Part shown: positions 28,193-32,000 of the stretch, piece after piece
Numbering within the stretch: position 1 is the stretch's first letter
Layout of the letters: every line of letters begins with the position of its first letter
Assembly (NCBI RefSeq): GCF_000012545.1
Contig: NC_007681.1
Coordinates: forward strand, 1,260,001-1,292,000
Length of the DNA: 32,000 nucleotides
Direction: 5' to 3'
Source of the DNA: Methanosphaera stadtmanae DSM 3091
Lineage (GTDB): Archaea > Methanobacteriota > Methanobacteria > Methanobacteriales > Methanobacteriaceae
Translations under genes and position numbers: made by a program
Notes under the pieces: generated by a model
The model's input: only the letters and a program-made list of their open reading frames with translations
The model's database searches: none
Told to the model about the DNA's origin: nothing

Positions 28193-28983
28193 GAAGTTCA
28201 GTGGATATAACTTTTCATATTTTTTAAATTCCAAAATGCTAGTGTTAGTTTTACTCGTGTTTCTACTCTTTTAGACGTTTTATTTTTCTTTATATGTTTT
28301 AACATTATTTTTAGAAACATATTTTCTAATCCTACTAGTTCTTTCTATTTTTGAATCTTCACAATTTTCTTTATGTTTTTGAGATATGGTTGTATAGTTT
28401 TTTCACATATTTCAATTATTGGTTTATAATAATTTTTTTTATTATTTAAAATATCTTCAAGTATTTTTCTAGCATTTTTTAATAGTCTGTGAATATATTA
28501 TTGAATTTATCCTCTTCTTTTGTTGATATACTTTGTTTATTTCATTTCATTCAAGTTATTTTCTTTAATAAACTTTTTAAGGTCTCTATTTATCTTTTGT
28601 TGTAAGTGGAACTGACAAAATTGGTGATCCATCATTAATTTATCTATTGGTTTTCTATATTCTTCTTTAAGGTCTGTTGTAACTGATTTTGATTTATATT
28701 TAGCTTTATCTATCTCTAAAAATATCTTATATTTAATTTCTACAAAATCTTCTATAAAATCGTAAAGTTTAAGTTGTTTTTCATGCAAAATAATATTAGG
28801 AACTTTTATTTTTAAGTTTTTCATGTAAATATGTAAGATCCTCTTTATATAAAGACTTTTTTTATGCTTATTTTTCACAATAGAATTATTTAAAGTGTAA
28901 ATTTTTAATTTAAACCGTTTCAAGCATATTTCTATTTTTTTATTGAAAAAAATCAAAAATCAACTAAGTTTCCTGACAATGAC
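28193..28983 (-). mobile_element. Degenerate IS-like element of about 790 bp with imperfect terminal inverted repeats
   Basis: The ends are gtcactctcagaagttcagtgg (28193-) and the reverse complement of 28961-28983, gtcattgtcaggaaacttagttg. They share the core TCAYTGTCAG and about 16 of 23 positions by eye. The interior - strand coding is broken into at least 3 frames. The 3' 245 bp is repeated at 20294-20537. Confidence 0.45.
28537..28956 (-). pseudogene. N-terminal fragment of a putative transposase (disrupted downstream)
   Basis: The 139-aa ORF starts (TTG) just inside the inverted repeat and ends in ...DHQFCQFHLQQKINRDLKK. This is reminiscent of the D-x-FH region of ISL3/IS256-like DDE transposases. 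The reading continues in other frames (YIHRLLKNARKILEDILNN..., then ISQKHKENCEDSKIERTSRIRKY...) with stops in between. The family is not identified. Confidence 0.35.
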
Positions 28984-29075
28984 CACAAGAAAGCGTAACA
29001 TTTATATATAATAATTTAAATATATAGTATTAACCTTTATGTAGGTTATTATTTTTCAATGGTTAAATCCATCCA

Positions 29076-29088
29076 AAATATAAAAATA
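29076..29088 (+). promoter_or_regulatory. Candidate TATA box for the tRNA gene
   Basis: aaaatataaaaat is centred about 20-25 nt upstream of the mature tRNA 5' end (29102). AT-rich context, so specificity is low. Confidence 0.3.
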
Positions 29089-29101
29089 AACTTTTTTATA
29101 C

Positions 29102-29185
29102 GCGGGGGTGGTCGAGCGGTCAAAGGCGATAGGTTGAGGGCCTATTGAGGTAGTCTCTTCGCGGGTTCGATTCCCGTCTCCCGCA
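29102..29185 (+). tRNA. tRNA-Leu (anticodon GAG), class II with long variable arm, no encoded CCA
   Basis: Hand-folded. Acceptor stem GCGGGGG/CTCCCGC (one G-T pair). D arm GTC-GAGCGGTCAAA-GGC. Anticodon stem ATAGG/CCTAT with loop TTGAGGG. Variable arm of about 15 nt. T arm GCGGG-TTCGATT-CCCGT. Discriminator A. This is the only GC-rich island in its neighbourhood. Confidence 0.9.
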
Positions 29186-29215
29186 TTTAATTTCAAAAAC
29201 TTTTTTTAAAAAAAA

Positions 29216-29626
29216 TTATATTTTAATTGTAACTTTTAAATTACAACCCTTTTTTAAATCATTAATTAAATCTTTATCCAAGTCTCTTGCAGCCTTATTA
29301 GAATTAATCATCAATGTACGATTACATGTAAAATCACTTTTTCGACAAACCATGTCAGTTGGATGATTAAGTGTTAATTTTGAACATCCAAAACCTATTA
29401 TAGAGTCATGTGCATTATCTGTTTCTAATATCAATTCTATTTTTGTATTATCAGTTTTTATTTTTTCTTTTAAAGTACTTGGTAAATCATTTAATATTGT
29501 ATTACTACAAACACCAATTATACAATCACCCTTTAGTGTTAATGTTTTATCAGTTGTTATTTCAAAAGTAGATTTATGATGGGACGTTATATTTTCATGT
29601 CCCCTTGCTAAAAAACTATACTCCAT
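29216..29626 (-). CDS. Conserved archaeal protein, DUF371-like
   Basis: 136 aa. The N-terminus ARGHENITSHHKSTFEITTDKTLTLKGDCIIGV matches my recollection of the DUF371 signature (ARGHENI..TH.TT.E.T.....T..GDCI.GV). Confidence 0.6.
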   Translation of the reverse strand: MEYSFLARGHENITSHHKSTFEITTDKTLTLKGDCIIGVCSNTILNDLPSTLKEKIKTDNTKIELILETDNAHDSIIGFGCSKLTLNHPTDMVCRKSDFTCNRTLMINSNKAARDLDKDLINDLKKGCNLKVTIKI

Positions 29627-29782
29627 ATAATCACGTAAAATCCTATTTTAAATTATTCCACTTAATATTTATAAAACTTATATTGAATAAATTTTATGGA
29701 AAACTAGAATTTATATTAGATTATTAAAATAATAGTAATATATAAAAGAATAAATTAATTTTAGATTTTGAAGGGAAATAAA

Positions 29783-30220
29783 ATGGAAATACCTGATAAA
29801 GGAAATTATTGTTTAATTATTAAAATGAAAAATGATTGTACAATTAAAATAGGTGCAAAAGGAAATATTGATTTTAAAAAAGGTTATTATGTTTATGTTG
29901 GTTCAGCATTAGGGACATTATCTAATAGAATAAAAAGACATCTATCTAATGATAAGAAAAAACATTGGCATGTGGATTATTTATTACTTAATAAAAATAC
30001 TGAAATTAAAGAAGTGATATACACATACTGTACTAAAAAAATAGAATGTAATATAGCCTATAATATACAAGAAGATGCAACTAATTATATTGAAAGTTTT
30101 GGATGTTCTGATTGTAAATGCATGTCTCATTTATATTATTTTAACAACTATACTGATGCTCTAAATAGTAGTATTAATTCTTATAAAAAAATAAATTATA
30201 AACCATATACATGGTTTTAA
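29783..30220 (+). CDS. DUF123 / GIY-YIG (Uri) superfamily nuclease-like protein
   Basis: [35 protein letters not shown] and [15 protein letters not shown] are the DUF123 signature blocks. The ORF is open from TTG 29768. ATG 29783 is preferred because GAAGGG lies about 8 nt upstream. Confidence 0.7.
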   Translation: MEIPDKGNYCLIIKMKNDCTIKIGAKGNIDFKKGYYVYVGSALGTLSNRIKRHLSNDKKKHWHVDYLLLNKNTEIKEVIYTYCTKKIECNIAYNIQEDATNYIESFGCSDCKCMSHLYYFNNYTDALNSSINSYKKINYKPYTWF

Positions 30221-31005
30221 ACATATGAATAGAAGAACTCTTCAAATTCCTCAATACCCATAGGTGTTGGTGTAGAAAATTCCTGATTATTCATAATATT
30301 GTTTATAAGTTCAGAATAGATTTTTGACTGACTAGAATCAGGGAAAGTTTCAACAACTGTACTTGCCTTATATTCACTTGTCTGAACAAGTTCACATCTG
30401 GGAATTATACCCATAATCTTACTTGAAATAAGTGATGCAAACTCTGTAACCACTTCCACCTCATTTTTCACATTCCTACAGTTACAAATAATACCACCAA
30501 GTTTACCATTTAATTTCTTAATTCCCTTAGCAATATTATTTGCAGCATATAATGACATGTATTCTCCACTAGTTACAATATATACTTCATCAGCATAATC
30601 CTCACGTAATGGTACACTAAAACCACCACATACAACATCACCTAAAACATCATATATTACTAAATCAGGATCATTATCAAATGCACCAATTTTATCAAGT
30701 AGGTTCATTGCAACAATTACACCCCTACCAGCACAACCTACTCCTGGTTCAGGTCCACCAGATTCTACACATAAAGTATTATTATATCCTTCATATACAA
30801 TATCTTCAAGTTCAGGTTGAGTATTATCTCTCATTGTATCAAGTATTGTTGGTATACGTTTACCTACCAATGTTCTTGTAGTATCAGCCTTAGGATCACA
30901 GCCAATAACAAATGTTGAATTATCATATGCTGCAGCCATATTTGATACTGTTGTTGATTTTCCTATTCCACCCTTACCATATATTGCTATTTTTTTTAAA
31001 ACCAT
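30217..31005 (-). CDS. cfbC: NifH-like ATP-dependent reductase, probably Ni-sirohydrochlorin a,c-diamide reductive cyclase component CfbC (NflH)
   Basis: Motifs: [13 protein letters not shown] (P-loop), CDPKADTTR, and the cluster ligands in GVGCAGRG and VVCGGF. At 262 aa it is shorter than bona fide NifH. There is no nifD/K nearby. Methanogen context is inferred. Confidence 0.75.
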   Translation of the reverse strand: MVLKKIAIYGKGGIGKSTTVSNMAAAYDNSTFVIGCDPKADTTRTLVGKRIPTILDTMRDNTQPELEDIVYEGYNNTLCVESGGPEPGVGCAGRGVIVAMNLLDKIGAFDNDPDLVIYDVLGDVVCGGFSVPLREDYADEVYIVTSGEYMSLYAANNIAKGIKKLNGKLGGIICNCRNVKNEVEVVTEFASLISSKIMGIIPRCELVQTSEYKASTVVETFPDSSQSKIYSELINNIMNNQEFSTPTPMGIEEFEEFFYSYV

Positions 31006-31008
31006 ATT

Positions 31009-32000
31009 TTACACATCCTTTATTTGTACTTTTTTATACACATGATCATTTTCACGAACAATACCATTTATTTTTATACCTACATCTTCTTTTGAAACTT
31101 TATCTACATTCACTCCATTAACTTGCATGGATGTTACCTTCTCTGTAATACTACCAGTTTTATTTCCCTGAATTATTATAGTATCATTTACTTCTAAATC
31201 AGACCATAACTTAATTTCAGCCACATTGATTTTCTTATAGAAATTTGTTACCTGACCAATATCCACCTTTTTATATGTTGCCTTATTATCAAAACTCGTT
31301 AATTTAGGAGTTCTATAGTAAAATCCAGTGTCGAATCCCCTGTTAAATACTGAACTTAACTCTTTTTTCCATTTTAATAATAAATCAGGTGATTTTTTCT
31401 CCCATTCACCACTTTCATATAAATCAATTGCTTGTCTATAACAGTTTGTAACTGTTGCCACATAATCTGCAGGTCTTGCTCTTCCTTCTAATTTAAATGC
31501 ATCTATTTTTGATTCTATTAAATCAGGAATATGTTCAATCATACACATATCTCTTGGACTTAGTATACGTGAATTTTCTATGGAATTGTTTTCAGGATTA
31601 GATAATATCAATTCCTTATTTTCTGTTGATTTAAGTACCCATTCCTGCCTACATGGTTGTAGACATTCTCCACAATTAGCATTTCTATCATAGAAATATG
31701 AACTTAAAAAGCACCTGCCAGATACTGCTACACACATTGCTCCATGAACAAATGTTTCAATTTCTATTGGAGATTTTCTTTTAATAGTACAAATATCCTT
31801 TAATGATAATTCTCTTGATAAAACAGCCCTTGATATTCCTAATTCCTTATATAATTTCAGTGCTTCTACATTTGTAATGTTTGCTTGAACACTTAGATGT
31901 AGAGGAATTGATGATTTATTTGCTATGTTAATCATACCCATATCTGAGATAATTAAAGCATCAACATCATATTGTTCCAGTTTATCTAATTGTTTCCCAT
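31009..32000 (-). CDS. Peptidase U32 family protein (5' end beyond the window)
   Basis: The U32 signature ETFVHGAMCVAVSGRCFLS is present, followed by NANCGECLQPC. The frame stays open upstream of the listed Met (..GKQLDKLEQYDVDALIISDMGMIN) to base 32000, so the gene is truncated by the window. The stop lies 3 nt before the cfbC start. Confidence 0.85.
   Translation of the reverse strand, partial: GKQLDKLEQYDVDALIISDMGMINIANKSSIPLHLSVQANITNVEALKLYKELGISRAVLSRELSLKDICTIKRKSPIEIETFVHGAMCVAVSGRCFLSSYFYDRNANCGECLQPCRQEWVLKSTENKELILSNPENNSIENSRILSPRDMCMIEHIPDLIESKIDAFKLEGRARPADYVATVTNCYRQAIDLYESGEWEKKSPDLLLKWKKELSSVFNRGFDTGFYYRTPKLTSFDNKATYKKVDIGQVTNFYKKINVAEIKLWSDLEVNDTIIIQGNKTGSITEKVTSMQVNGVNVDKVSKEDVGIKINGIVRENDHVYKKVQIKDV

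Noticed and set aside
28193-29185. tRNA-targeted integrated genomic island
   Set aside because: The IS-like element lies 5' of the tRNA-Leu gene, not at its 3' end. I found no integrase gene and no duplicated tRNA 3' segment in the window.
30217-31005. Nitrogenase Fe protein NifH / nif operon
   Set aside because: No nifD, nifK, nifE, nifN or glnB-like genes are adjacent. The protein is short (262 aa), and the context fits the NflH/CfbC paralogue of methanogens.
30681-31121. + strand ORFs 30681-30881 and 30912-31121 opposite cfbC/U32
   Set aside because: They lie opposite well-supported genes. The products are His/Leu/Tyr/Gln-rich low-complexity strings.

Overview
This is a very AT-rich, archaeal-looking window. 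It is most consistent with a host-associated Methanobacteriales methanogen of the Methanosphaera/Methanobrevibacter type. That assignment is an inference from composition, giant secreted Asn/Thr-rich beta-helix proteins, a NifH-like cfbC without nifDK, GGTGA/GGAGG ribosome-binding sites and oligo-T tracts after genes.

Layout:
- Bases 948-15491, + strand: two giant adhesin-like proteins, then a 1.9k-aa CobN/ChlH-family chelatase homologue. The homologue carries a signal peptide, a low-complexity stalk and a C-terminal transmembrane anchor.
- Bases 15797-18956, - strand: a three-gene ECF-type transporter operon in the order T, fused A/A', S. It is convergent with the CobN-like gene.
- Bases 19263-28126: the dTDP-rhamnose genes rfbB (-) and rfbD (+) are split by a third giant adhesin-like gene (-). 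This segment is bracketed by two families of direct repeats. One family is the 3' end of a degenerate IS-like element, whose fuller copy lies at 28193-28983.
- Bases 29102-32000: tRNA-Leu(GAG), DUF371-like and DUF123/GIY-YIG-like genes, and a tightly coupled U32-family gene plus cfbC (nflH).

Most interesting observations:
- The apparently cell-surface-displayed CobN-like protein next to an ECF importer.
- A 100%-identical 597-bp in-frame tandem duplication inside the first adhesin.
- The repeat/IS-bracketed adhesin cassette interrupting the rhamnose genes.
- A sharp synonymous-codon shift inside the third adhesin.

No CRISPR array, rRNA, integrase or reverse transcriptase was seen. All similarity statements come from motif recognition by eye; no searches were run.
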